NCBI GenBank assembly: GCA_963828525.1
Contig: CAWHEP010000002.1
Coordinates: 64,001 to 128,000 of the forward strand
Length of the DNA stretch: 64,000 nt
Direction: 5' to 3'
From: an uncultured Verrucomicrobiae bacterium
GTDB lineage: Bacteria; Verrucomicrobiota; Verrucomicrobiia; Chthoniobacterales; Chthoniobacteraceae
Position 1 is the stretch's first letter. The number at the start of each line of letters is the position of its first letter. This document shows positions 44,195 through 54,981 of the stretch, in pieces. Position numbers and translations under genes: made by a program. The notes below the pieces were generated by a model. It saw only the letters and a list, made by a program, of their open reading frames with translations. It ran no database searches and had not been told where the DNA came from.

Positions 44195-44449
44195 CTAGCA
44201 CTCGAAGAATTGGCGGACGGTTCCATGATCGTCTTTGACCACAAAGCGGGAGTGACCGGGCGAATCTTTTTCGACGCTCACGGAAAGGCCTCGCGGCAGC
44301 AATTCCTCCGAAATAAGCCGCTTAAGCTGATGATCGAATTGCTCCCAGCTAATCGCACCGGATTCGCGCGGGCGGGTCGCCTGGATGAGCACGATTTGGA
44401 TGATTTCAGGGATATCCGGCGGATCTGCGATGGTGGGGGAACGACTCAT
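44195..44449 (-). CDS. Hypothetical protein, 84 aa
   Basis: ATG ORF with protein-like composition, on the same strand as its neighbours. Confidence 0.45.
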   Translation of the reverse strand: MSRSPTIADPPDIPEIIQIVLIQATRPRESGAISWEQFDHQLKRLISEELLPRGLSVSVEKDSPGHSRFVVKDDHGTVRQFFEC

Positions 44450-44549
44450 AATATTTAAATTCTAGGACGCGGGAGAAAAGGCGGATTATCCAGGGGGATT
44501 GGAGGCCCTCCGACCGAGCGGGTTCCTTTCCAGCACGGCAGTATCGGAT

Positions 44550-44702
44550 TCAGGTTTCACGTTTTGCAGCCGCTGCGCCCTTTTTTCCCAAGGCAGTTCT
44601 GGTTCGCTTGGGCAGATGCGCGATGGTTTTCTTCGCCTTGGCACCAGCCGCAGCTTTTTTAATATTTTTCCTGGCGGCGGCCTTTTGTTTCACGGTGCTC
44701 AT
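44550..44702 (-). CDS. Small basic Lys/Ala-rich protein, 50 aa, below the ORF-track cutoff
   Basis: MSTVKQKAAARKNIKKAAAGAKAKKTIAHLPKRTRTALGKKGAAAAKRET*. ATGA overlap with the upstream ORF. Confidence 0.7.
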   Translation of the reverse strand: MSTVKQKAAARKNIKKAAAGAKAKKTIAHLPKRTRTALGKKGAAAAKRET

Positions 44703-44890
44703 TTGCTCAAGCTCGTTTCACTTGCGGGCAAGGTGTTGATGCGGTCGGCAAGCCGCTGCAGCTTAGCGCGAATTTCCTGGACGTCTGGGCGATCGGGTCC
44801 CGTGTTTCCGATGTTGTCGATTGCCTTCCTCACGTCGGCGAGTTCGCGATGGAGATCCACGTACTCATCAGAGAGTGAAGCATGAGCCAT
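44699..44890 (-). CDS. Hypothetical helical protein, 63 aa
   Basis: ATG ORF coupled to the next gene by an ATGA overlap. Confidence 0.5.
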   Translation of the reverse strand: MAHASLSDEYVDLHRELADVRKAIDNIGNTGPDRPDVQEIRAKLQRLADRINTLPASETSLSK

Positions 44891-45539
44891 GTGCCCATAA
44901 TCCGTCCTGTCAGTGCCTCAATGCAATAGGGGCGCGCCCTGAGATCACCTAAAAAATACCCAATCAGTGATCGCGTCAATCGGGTGACAACGACTTCTCG
45001 ATCCTTAAAAGCCGTCTTCCGAAACCCGCTTTTGCCCTTACTTCTCACCCACTCAAAACAGCGAGGAGCCGAAAACAAGCTGTCATCCCTGAATGAAGGA
45101 AACTCCGAAGCGCGCGTGGTTCCTATGGCGACGGCGACTGCCGCGGTCGCAAGGCCTATAGAATGCAAGTTCATTCCTCAGCTATTCAATGACGGTAAGA
45201 GTGCCAAGGTAGAATTCATGGAAGACGTCGTTGCGCCTATGGGATGATGGAGGGAAGGATTATAAGTTTTGCTCAGCCGCTTTTTCCGCCGGGTGGGATG
45301 AAGCGGATGTCGGCGAGAAGGTTTGTGGAGGGTTTATCAGCGCGTCCATCGCTCGTTTTCGGCAGGAAGTTTTTCGGTTGCAGGGCGCGCAGAGAGCGCT
45401 GCGCCACGATACGACGCACGCGGGCGGGAGCGTTGTTAGGACGGTGCGGTATGGGAGTTTGTTCTGAGCGGGTTTGTTGCCGAGCGTACAGAGGTTGCGG
45501 ACGCCTCGGCGAGGCATCCCTGCCTGGAAATTCCCTAGG

Positions 45540-48500
45540 CTATCTCTTGAAGTCCACCAACTGCCCAGCCTGGATAGTCACCGGCCCCAGCAGTCCGGAC
45601 GGAAGCAGCGGCGAATCCGCTTTATACGGCGAGACGCTGGCCCAAGTGATTCGCTTGTCCTGCGGCAGTTTTTGATCGCCGATCATCCTGTTCGGCCAAA
45701 GATTGGTAATCCTCACTTCCAGATGGTTCGCGCCGGTTTTTATGGCGTTGGTAATCTCAGTCCGGAAAGGCGGCTTCCAGAGGATGCCAAGCTGCTGGCC
45801 GTTCAGGCTGACCTGAGCGAGGTTTTTGACGTTCCCCAAGTCCAGATACGCGAGGTGGCCCGCGCCGGTGAACCCCTCAGGCAAAGTGAAATCCATTGAA
45901 TATCTGGCCGTGCCTGAGAAATAGCGGACTCCTTCATCAGGGCTGTCCGTCCAGGACATCAAATGATCGAAGGTCGCGGAGTCGGGGGCTCCGAGTTTTG
46001 GGGGGAAGGTCACTCGCCAGGGGCCCGCGATGGCAAGGGGCGGAGGAAGCGCTGGAACGACTTGTTTGGAGGAAATCCCCTCGCCGTTCGTGATCTCGTA
46101 GGCGCCCGGCTCGTGGGCAACAAGCCGCGCGTTTCCACCGGATATTTCCGGGAGGGAGGCAGTGGGTTCGGAACCGGCTTCGAACAAAGCCTTTCCGTTC
46201 AAAGTGGCGGACGCAACTCGCGTTGCAACGGCATCGGGGCGGCGGAACACCACAAAAACCGAACCCAGGGGGTCGAACGGGATGGGTAGAGTCGTGGTCC
46301 CGTTTCCCGTCTTGTAGAGAGCAGCGGATTCGACGCGACCGGTATCTGGATGCCACAATTCGGGCGCCTTCCCCTCGACGCGAAAAGTACAAGCCATCGT
46401 GATTGGTCTCTCCAACTGATTGGAAACGAAATAAATATCGCCATCCTTGTCGAGGCGGTGGATGTAAAGCGCGGTCTGCTCCGACGCCGTAAAATCCGGG
46501 GGCGTTGAAAGCACCTGCTCCAAAGATTTTCCCCAAACGATTTTTCCTTTGCCGAACGGATGCTCGAAAACGGATTTGCCGTCGCAAGAACCCCAGAGTT
46601 CACTGGCAGTAGATGCGAGAGCTTCGTCGGCGCGCGGGTAGTCGAGCAAGCTGGGGGATTTGAGCGGCTTCGGCCCGTAAACGGTCGCGCCCGCTTGCAC
46701 CAGATCACGGATTTTTTGAAGCACGGGGAGCGTCATCCGATCATTCTCCGGCAGCACCAGCACTCTATATCGCATCCCGCTGGGGAGCGCGAGATGCCCA
46801 TCTTCAACAGTCATGCGATTCAGGAGAATCTCCGCGTTGCATACATCGAAGCCAAAACCGCGCGGGGGAACCGGAAGGAGGCCATCGCGGCTCACGCAGA
46901 CCGGAGCGCCCTCTCCGTAGAAATAGCAGAGGTCAGCAACAAAACGCCCTCTCTGCAGCATGAACTCGGATCGGGAGAGGTAGCCAAGCCAGGCGGCTCC
47001 CTGTTCCCACCAGGTGTTCGTGCGCTCGAAGTTAATGCCCCACGGCCCCATGCTCATCCCCGGCGCGCGATCCAGCCACGGCTGGTGCGCGTAGCGGTGG
47101 AAGACGAAACGATTGACGCCGTTGCAGAACTCCTGATCGCCCAAAGCTTTCAGCGAGTAGGGATCGTTCTTCCAGGAAGCAGGCGCTGCTGTGGAGGTGA
47201 AGGATTCAGTGGCGGCAATGTTCTGGCCATAAATGTGCGCGGCGCAAGCAGCCTCGCGCGCGTCGGAAAAGACATCGACAGAGGAGCCGAGAGTCCAAAA
47301 TTCACCCATGGGAATATCGGTGCGGCCCTTGCATTGGAGCTGGTCCGCGATCGTGGGCATGCCCTGGCCGGTTGCCTCCGCGGCGAGCCCCATGCCTTTC
47401 GATCTGGCGAGACTCTGCAGCGTTCCATAGTGCTCATCTGCCACGAGATCCGCCAGGGTTCGGCGGTAGTCCCAAAGGAAGCGCTCGCTTTCATCGCGGC
47501 TGCTTACAATGCGGCCAGTGAGAACGGGGAGCCACGGCCCGAGGTCATAGCCCCGTCGTTTCGCAAACTCCTCCCGCATGAGCGGCGTCCAGTTCTCGCA
47601 ACCAGCCTCCCAGCTATCCAGCAGCACATATTTCAAGGTCGTGCCTATAGAGTCAGGAGAATCGCTCATGACCGGACCAAACATCCCATGAAAATGCGCT
47701 TCCACGGCGGCCTTGCTCATTTTATCGCACTCCAGCCCCGCCAAGGTTGAAGGATGTGTCTTCGTGCCGATGGCGGTGTGACCGAGGCGGACGACCGTCC
47801 ACTGGCCCGCGGGCGCTTCCCAATTTTCCACCCCCGCAAGGTTCACCACTTTCGCTTGCTCTATCGGCAAAGTGGAGGAGTCCAGAGGTGAATTGAACGT
47901 GTTGATTTTGCGGTCCACTGCCAGCCCAACCCGCTGCCTGTAACGGTCGACGCGCCCCGAGTCGAGGGTCAAAGCGGTGATGAAAACAGGGCTTGTGGAA
48001 GGAGTGTTGTTATAAAGCCGAAAGAATTTCCCGGTTGTCGTAGGGAAGGTCACAATCTCGTCGGAAGAGAGAGCGCAAACTTTGTGGAAGGTCTCTCCAT
48101 CATCGCCAGCCTGCAGTTCCCATCCTTTCCGCCAACCGCTCTTGACGACGATCCTCAACGACTGCGCCTTCACCGGTTTGTCATATTCGAGCCGCACCCA
48201 CTGTGGCGCGGGACTCTTGGGCAACTCCCAGGGAGCCCCTGAAGATTGAAACTGAAAGGCGGTCGGCGACGCGCTGCTGGTGATGGCAGCAGGGGTCGGT
48301 GGTTCGCCGGCGGGTAAAAGGTAGGCGAAGCAGGCGACATCTTCGTAGTAATCGAGATTGCCATCGGCCTTCGGCAGCGATGCGATCACAACGCGCTCGC
48401 CCCCGCTGGCATGCGTCTCAGTCCAGACAAGTTTTTGCATCCCTTGAGCGGGCGTGACCCACGGGCCTCCTGATTCGCTCCAGCCATCACAGCCTTCCAT

Positions 48501-48824
48501 GGAAATCTCGAGGCCGAGCTTTCCCGCGACGTCGAGCGCGTGATGCACGAGCGAGCGCCACTCCGCGCTCATGAATTTCACAGGCCCGTGAACGTCGCTC
48601 TGATCGACAGTGAAAATCTGAGCGCCTCCAAGGCCGACGCGCTTCATCGCCTCGAGGTCCGCTGTGATGCCCTCGGCAGATACGTTGCCGCTGACCCAAT
48701 GCCACCAGGTTCGCGGCTTTGCCGATTCAGGCGGATTCGCGAATCCGGATTCCAGGGAGACGTTTTCCGAAGCAGCAAGGGCGGGAATCGCGAGGAGGCA
48801 GAGAATAATCAGGTAGCGTTTCAT
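45540..48824 (-). CDS. Glycoside hydrolase family 106 (alpha-L-rhamnosidase-like)
   Basis: Signal peptide; KPRTWWHWVSGN..GITADLEAMK, GWSESGGPW, GLECDKMS, LLDSWEAG, IPMGEFW, SGLLGPV. Confidence 0.9.
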   Translation of the reverse strand: MKRYLIILCLLAIPALAASENVSLESGFANPPESAKPRTWWHWVSGNVSAEGITADLEAMKRVGLGGAQIFTVDQSDVHGPVKFMSAEWRSLVHHALDVAGKLGLEISMEGCDGWSESGGPWVTPAQGMQKLVWTETHASGGERVVIASLPKADGNLDYYEDVACFAYLLPAGEPPTPAAITSSASPTAFQFQSSGAPWELPKSPAPQWVRLEYDKPVKAQSLRIVVKSGWRKGWELQAGDDGETFHKVCALSSDEIVTFPTTTGKFFRLYNNTPSTSPVFITALTLDSGRVDRYRQRVGLAVDRKINTFNSPLDSSTLPIEQAKVVNLAGVENWEAPAGQWTVVRLGHTAIGTKTHPSTLAGLECDKMSKAAVEAHFHGMFGPVMSDSPDSIGTTLKYVLLDSWEAGCENWTPLMREEFAKRRGYDLGPWLPVLTGRIVSSRDESERFLWDYRRTLADLVADEHYGTLQSLARSKGMGLAAEATGQGMPTIADQLQCKGRTDIPMGEFWTLGSSVDVFSDAREAACAAHIYGQNIAATESFTSTAAPASWKNDPYSLKALGDQEFCNGVNRFVFHRYAHQPWLDRAPGMSMGPWGINFERTNTWWEQGAAWLGYLSRSEFMLQRGRFVADLCYFYGEGAPVCVSRDGLLPVPPRGFGFDVCNAEILLNRMTVEDGHLALPSGMRYRVLVLPENDRMTLPVLQKIRDLVQAGATVYGPKPLKSPSLLDYPRADEALASTASELWGSCDGKSVFEHPFGKGKIVWGKSLEQVLSTPPDFTASEQTALYIHRLDKDGDIYFVSNQLERPITMACTFRVEGKAPELWHPDTGRVESAALYKTGNGTTTLPIPFDPLGSVFVVFRRPDAVATRVASATLNGKALFEAGSEPTASLPEISGGNARLVAHEPGAYEITNGEGISSKQVVPALPPPLAIAGPWRVTFPPKLGAPDSATFDHLMSWTDSPDEGVRYFSGTARYSMDFTLPEGFTGAGHLAYLDLGNVKNLAQVSLNGQQLGILWKPPFRTEITNAIKTGANHLEVRITNLWPNRMIGDQKLPQDKRITWASVSPYKADSPLLPSGLLGPVTIQAGQLVDFKR

Positions 48825-48960
48825 GGAGGGAGAGTCTTCGTTGGGGGGGGGGATTCCAGAGCGCGTTTTCGAGGCTGCGTCTGGCAGAGCGAGAATAGAC
48901 TATAGTGACCGCCTCTATGATAAAGCAAAATGCAAAACGCGGGGCTGGGATTAACCTGAA

Positions 48961-49418
48961 ATGAGCAAGGCATTCACAAAGGAGGACGCGGAGATTCCGG
49001 AGCGCGACGCGCGCGCCAGGTCGAGCTTCGGGCCTGCCGCCGGGGGCATTGAACTACATCACAGCGGATGGCGCGCGCCGCCTGAAGGAGGAGCTTGCAG
49101 CGCTCCGCGGCGGAAAGAGACAGGCGACGAGGAAAGAGCCGTTGAACTTGAACAGATCATAGCGTCACTCGTCGTAGTGGCACGGCCTGAGGCAGACGCC
49201 CGATGGCGTTGCTTTTGGAGCAAGGGTCACGATGCGGAACGCGGAATGGAGAGACTTTTGTGAGGAGGGTGGTCGGCGTGGATGAGGTTGACTTCATCGC
49301 AGACGCGGTAAGCTGGGTCTCGGAAACGGGGCGACTGTTGTTACGGTCAGGCCTCGGGGATCGCGTGACTCTCCCGGACGTAGCGGAGCCGGTCCGTATT
49401 GAAAAGATCGATTACTAG
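48961..49418 (+). CDS. GreA/GreB-family elongation factor, frameshifted
   Basis: MSKAFTKED / LPPGALNYITADGARRLKEEL / RRVVGVDEVD...VSWVS..GRLLL. Confidence 0.75.
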
Positions 49419-49483
49419 AAGGGCAGGTCATCCCGGGTTCACCGATGGCGCACGCGCCACGATCCAAGCCGAAATCCACCACC

Positions 49484-49666
49484 CTAGCTCTTCTTTTTCT
49501 CAACCGGGTCATCGGAGGTCGTGGGATGACTCGGAGTGGCGGTGTGTCCGGAGGTAGGATGATGCTGCGCCTCGGTGACCTCCAGCTTCTCCCGCTCCGC
49601 CGCTTCATCCTTTGCGTGTTTCTGAACGTCCTTCTTGTGCGCTTCCTTCGGTGATTTGTCTCCCAT
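49484..49666 (-). CDS. Small hydrophilic hypothetical protein
   Basis: MGDKSPKEAHKKDVQKHAK..., 60 aa. Confidence 0.45.
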   Translation of the reverse strand: MGDKSPKEAHKKDVQKHAKDEAAEREKLEVTEAQHHPTSGHTATPSHPTTSDDPVEKKKS

Positions 49667-49804
49667 GCAGGAAGGTACAGGGTTCCAGAGGAATGTAAAA
49701 CAATGATAGGTCAATCCAAGGGTCGTCCCGTCTCAAAGCCGCGACAGCGGCATGGCGTCATTTCCTGAAGCGACGGCGAGCCTCTACGCCGGGCCCCTTA
49801 AAAA

Positions 49805-50458
49805 TCACTTTGTGATGATCTTGCCCGCGCCGAAGTTGTAGAAGTACCTCGGGTTCGTCGTGTAATGCCCCGGCTTGGTGGTGTCCGGATAGTAGTAGAG
49901 CCAGGCGCCTTGGGTATAGTCGTAAAGGTAGGGAAACAGGGTCGGCGAAGTGTAAAAGTACGTGCCTGAGGTGAAATCAAAGAGATTGATTCCGCCTTTC
50001 CCATCGTTTGCGTCCGTTACGGCGAGAAATCCCATGTCGCAGTGATACAGAATCGGGAAAAAGTTGGTGATGTAGTACCCAAACGGAGTGCCGTTCGCAA
50101 AAGCAAGGTAGTAGAAATCCGTGTTCGGAATGCGGGCGTTACCAGAGAAGAACGGCGGAATGCTCAGTTGAGTTACAGAATTCACCACAACAGAAGTTCC
50201 GGATGACAACGCCGCCGCAACTTGATCCATCATGGCCAGGCTGGTGGAGTTCGCCACGGTGCCGATCACAGTGTATCCGCCTTTGCCCGTGTCCAAAGGA
50301 GTTGAGTTATCCTGGGTATTGAAGAACCACTGTTTTGCGGTAGTAATTCCGGTGCCTCCAAAGTTCACTTTTGAGAGGGCCAAGGTGCCCCGCGCATTGG
50401 ATTGTCCGAGTTCATTGCCGAGCAACGGGAGCGTGAAGGACGTTCCCAAAGGGCGCAA
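49805..50458 (-). pseudogene. N-terminally truncated cyclophilin-type PPIase with aromatic C-terminal domain
   Basis: SNARGTLALSK..KQWFFNTQDN..LDTGKGGYTVIGTV (second half of a cyclophilin). The C-terminal ~118 aa are homologous to the C10 peptidase tail. Confidence 0.7.
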
Positions 50459-50467
50459 GTTCGCGCT

Positions 50468-51444
50468 TTATCTCGCCATCGCAATCTCGTGCCCGTGGCA
50501 TCGATTCACCTCTACAGTGACATGGGCATATTCTTCATGCTGCTGGAGCCGCTGCTTATAATCCTTTGGCTCGAACGGGCTTCTTCAGACACCACGGAGA
50601 GCACGACCGCGAATTCCTTCAGGCCCACACGCAGGATGTGAAGATCGCATACTCGGCTGTCTCCATCGCTTTCGACCGCTTTCCTGATCTCATCAACGGC
50701 TGCCGGCTCCATTTCGCGGTCGAGCAATACACGGCCCGTGTCGCGTATGAGAGAATATGCCCACTGGCCTACCACCATCGCGCCGACTGCTCCTACCAAT
50801 GGGTCTAACCATGACCAGCCGAACATCTTGCCCAAGCTTAGCGCCACGATCGCCGCCACGGACGTTGCCGCGTCCGCCAGGACGTGCAGGTAGGCAGCGC
50901 GCAGGTTCAGGTCACCTTTTCCGCGCGCAGCGTGACTGCCGCCGTGATCGCTTTCGTCATGATGATGGCCGGGGTCGTGGCCGTGATGGTGATCGTCGCC
51001 GAGCAAGAAAGCGCTAAGCAGGTTAACTCCCAAGCCCAGGCAAGCCACAGCTATAGCCTGGTTGAACTGAATGGGCAGCGGATGCAGCAGGCGGATGGAC
51101 GCCTCCAACGCGATGTATACGGCTACCCCTGCGAGGATCAAGGCGCTTGTGTAGCCGCCGAGGGGGCCGATCTTTGCGGGGCCGAACGTGAAGCGGGAAT
51201 CTGCGGCGTTCCGGCGGGCATACACATAAGCGAAGGCCGCGATGCCGAGAGCCACGACGTGGGTGCCCATATGCCATCCATCGGCGAAGAGCGCCATCGA
51301 ATGGAGGAAGTGACCCGCGACGATCTCCAGCAGCATCATCACGGTGGTCAATGCGGTAACGAGCAGCGTTTTGCGCTCTCCAGCCGGGCTGCCGGTCGTA
51401 AAGCGATGTTCGTGCTGCCAAGGTGAAGAGTCGTCGTGATGCAT
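50468..51444 (-). CDS. dmeF: CDF-family Co/Ni exporter (DmeF-like), frameshift near the 3' end
   Basis: SMALFADGWHMGTH, His-rich loop, NLRAAYLHVLADA; the tail HVTVEVNRC is in another frame. Confidence 0.85.
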
Positions 51445-51777
51445 GAATGTCTCTGCATCTGATCAGCCGCTCACGTCAAGGGAGCGAGGAGATACTGATC
51501 CCGGAAAAACTTACTTTGAATCACCGGCTAAGGAGACGCGCGGCGTCCGGGCTGAATAAGACGGCAATAAAAGCTCGTCAAATTTCAATGGAAATGAGAA
51601 TACCGAAAAACCGCCCACGCCAGTCGTGGGGAACAACCCGCATGGCAAATCTCAGCTCAGGCATTCACGAATCGACCCGGCCAACGCACGGTGCGGAATC
51701 GCTGTGGTTTGACGCCATCTCAGCCAATGAATAATGAAAGCTTATGCGCTCTCTTTTCGTTCGCGACACTCGGGATT

Positions 51778-52246
51778 ATGCGGTTCTTTGTCGTGCCGCT
51801 CGGCTTTTTCCGCTTCGTCATGTTGTACGGAAAGCCGATTCGATACGCGGATTCCGGGTTGAATCGTTGCCTGAGCTGGTGGGGATTATACGAATGCGCA
51901 GGACCCCTGATTCCCAGCAAGGAACAATTCGATGCTTACAAGGAAGACATGGTCTTCACTCGAGATGGCGTGAAAATGTTCGGTTGAAGTAGTGATTTTT
52001 TACAAAATTGTGGATGCCATCAAGGCGGTTTACGAAATTCGAGATTACAAAGTTGCCATCGAAGATTTAGTGAAGGCGATCCTCAGAAATGAGTGTGGAA
52101 GCGTGCCGGCCCGCGAGTTGCTTTCCGGACGGGAGCAACTGGCCGCCAAGCTCCGCGATGCCCTCGACAGGGATACCGAACCTTGGGGAATCCATGTTCG
52201 CCTGGTGGAACTCAAGGGTATCGATATTGCGGTCCAAACAGGATAA
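51778..52246 (+). pseudogene. SPFH/band 7 domain protein, frameshifted
   Basis: VFTRDGV / IFYKIVDAIKAVYEIRDY...REQLAAKLRDALDRDTEPWGIHVRLVELKGI. Confidence 0.75.
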
Positions 52247-52258
52247 CCGGGGAATCAT

Positions 52259-52747
52259 ATGATAGAGGACGAACAGCAAATTGACCGGGCGAGCGAAGGT
52301 GGATTCCTACTGGAGCATGAAAGAGAGCTCCTTAAACACCAGGCCGAAACTTTGCGGACATTCTACTCTCTGACGGGAGCGCCGAGGAAGGATTACACGA
52401 TCCAAATGGCCGAGGCGGAGGCGGAACGCATCAAGATCGTCCGTCGCGCCGAAGCCGAGGGAATCATGATGATCCGGCAGGCCGAGGCGGAAGGGCTGAA
52501 GCTTCTTGGGGAGGCGCTTGCGACCACGAACCAACCCGATGCTTTGTTAAAAGTGCTGGCTCTTGAAGCTGCCGCGAAGATCGCCCAGTCACTAGCCGAT
52601 GGAAAGGATGGAAAGGATGGAAAGGCGGAAAGGCGGAAAGGCTACGAAGGTTTTTCTTCCCCAGAGTCTCGGAGATATCTTCTCCGTGCTAGAGATCCTA
52701 AAGGAATTCCAAAACGCCCAACCGCACCCCCTGCCGAGAAGGCCTGA
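52259..52747 (+). CDS. SPFH/flotillin C-terminal-like coiled-coil protein
   Basis: AEAEAERI..RAEAEGI..QAEAEGL; LADG then KATKVFLP in a shifted frame after a GATGGAAAG x3 repeat. Confidence 0.6.
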   Translation: MIEDEQQIDRASEGGFLLEHERELLKHQAETLRTFYSLTGAPRKDYTIQMAEAEAERIKIVRRAEAEGIMMIRQAEAEGLKLLGEALATTNQPDALLKVLALEAAAKIAQSLADGKDGKDGKAERRKGYEGFSSPESRRYLLRARDPKGIPKRPTAPPAEKA

Positions 52748-52912
52748 CGTTATTACCCGTGCGCGGACGGGGGAGCGACTATGGCCGAACGCATTCGGCG
52801 CGCCAGGTAAGCGTCCGGCACCCCTCGCGTCCGCGCCGACCCGTCGTCCTTCAGAAAGCCTCGCAGAACATCCATTCTCTACAATGGAGCGAAGCCAATC
52901 GACCGTTGCCTT

Positions 52913-53914
52913 TCATCGCAGTAACCGCTCTCGTTCGCGCACGATATCTGATCTACTTGGCCGAAGACGTATGCACTGTGGCCGTTGCAGCTGCTGAATC
53001 TCCAGCCTGTGTTCCGCATCAAGATTGTCCCCGATCAACAAACCCTCCACCAAGCGCAGCCTCACTGGGCCCCGACATGAAACCCCCGTATTCGGATGAG
53101 GCAAACCAAGCTTAGCGTGGCTTTTAACGACATCCGTTTTCCGGTTCCGATCACATAGTCTGGTGAGTTGCGTACAGGCGATTTTTCCTCCTGCACTAAG
53201 TGCCTTGCGGATATAACTTATCTAGGGATGATCATATCGATTGTTAGAACCCACCGAAAACAAATGCGTCCCAGCATTAATGAATTGCAACCACTGCTTT
53301 ACCATTGTCGAACGTCGATCAGCCGGGGCGCCGTGATGGGGGCCGATCATATAATCAGGAGCACCTCCCCCACATTCTCGCTGCACACTTTCTATGAGTG
53401 AATCACTCGCCCAGATTATCTTCGTGTTCCCCTTTACCGAAAGGCATATTATCCCAGAGGTTATATTTGGATTGGGTGCCAAGACATTGTTTTCAAAGAA
53501 GGGATATTTGACCTCAATCCGGCAATCACCCGCAGGGTTTGTCCAAATGATCGACGGGGCTTCCAACCGCCGTAAAGCACCGATCTCTCCAGCCTTGAAA
53601 CCCGCATGGACCCGTGAAAACAGTCCCGCAAAAGAAGCGTCTTTTTTATTTCGATCAACCAGAAAGTATACCGTTCCAATGCGGAATCGCGCTGCGTTAG
53701 CGATTGCGGCCATCGCACCCGCATGATCTGCATCGTTATGAGTTAGAATAATGCTCTCAATATAAATTGACGGATAATTGATTAACCAATCGATAATGGG
53801 GCTATTTCGTGGCCCTACATCAATGAGAATTACGCGATTATGCGCGATTCGAAGAACACTCGCATCACCCTGCCCCACGTCCCAAAACTCAATTATTAAC
53901 CCTTCGTCGGCCAT
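52913..53914 (-). pseudogene. ComEC/Rec2-like MBL-fold hydrolase with a Cys-containing tail and an in-frame TAG at 53222-53224
   Basis: WDVGQGDA, IDVG, THNDADH, PHHG, SVGSNNRYDHP*, then in the same frame ISYIRKAL..CTQLTRLC..SCRGPV..H..PQC. Confidence 0.85.
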
Positions 53915-54554
53915 TCCTGCCACATAGCCTCAGCATCCGCATCTGAAATGGCGGGCATGGGAACCAATCCAACTACGTCGCGCACGACGTTTTCAGCGCC
54001 AAACTTTGCGAATGCTCTAAAATGCTCTCCAGGTTCTAGGATAGCGAAAGGAATCGATATGGCCCCGATCAATCGTTCATTTGCCCCATCGTGCCACTGG
54101 AGACGACAACCTACGTCATCGCGGCCCACGAGTTTGCCTTCAACGTATCGATAGGGTGATCTTTCGATAGAAAAGCGAGTATAGTCAACCTGCTTTGCGA
54201 TGGCAGCCCATTCTGCTTCTTCATGTTCGCTCAGTTCGAGGCGCTCCGCCTTTCCGAATAGCGTGAGATATTTGCGTACGATTTCCCGGCCAATCTCGTG
54301 CTGTTTTCCATATGGGAGAATCAGACCCATCCCACAATCTCGAATTCAAATCGACCGGGATAAACCGCGATTTTCGGATTTTCTTCCAGCGCGAGGTGTT
54401 GCCCCCCAACGACAAAGTGTCGCTGTTGGAGTGTGAAAATCTCCGGCTGCCCTTCTTCAAATCGCCGGGCCGACCTTGCCTCCTGTACCGCATTTCGATA
54501 TGCGGCAGCATAACTCTGCAGATGGGCGTTAAGCGGCTTTGCTATCAAAGGCAT
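53896..54554 (-). CDS. Hypothetical protein, middle gene of the operon, frameshift near 54325
   Basis: ATG 54554 overlaps the end of the upstream gene, and its stop overlaps the MBL start. Confidence 0.65.
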
Positions 54555-54981
54555 ACGGTTTAAAGGATTTTTTAGCTTTCTCGCTAAAGAATGCTTCAAA
54601 CTCCTTCAGAATCAAGTCGTGGCAAATATGGCCCTCTTCCCATACCTGGGAGAGGTCGATCCTTCGATCGAAGGCTAAATGGGTGGTTGCGTTGAATCGC
54701 AGTACACGGAGGAGTTTTTACTTCGGTCTGAGCGGGAGAGCTTAATTGCACGCCCAGCGTCGAACATGGTTTTGTTTCTCCGTCTAGATTCAGTTGGAAG
54801 TCAAACGGCGGGAGAAGCTTTTTAATCTGTCCCGGTATATGATCAAAGAGCATCAGAACGTCTCCAATATTTATCTCGTCCGAAACACAGAAATCCGGAA
54901 GCGTGACGTTCGATAGGAGATTCACATATTGCAAGGATACTCCTGTGAAATTCGTCACACCGAAGTGATCCGCCCATTTAG

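Noticed and set aside
45500..45525. GGACGCCTCGGCGAGGCATCC hairpin after the GH106 gene
   Set aside because: Single copy in the window with no U-tract, so it cannot be called a REP or a terminator.
51447..51640. Metal-sensing (NiCo) riboswitch upstream of the DmeF-like gene
   Set aside because: No recognisable consensus by eye. An Infernal/Rfam scan would be needed.
53222..53224. Programmed amber readthrough (pyrrolysine or recoding)
   Set aside because: TAG is a normal stop in other genes here, such as rpsI and the aldo/keto reductase, and no pyl genes are visible.
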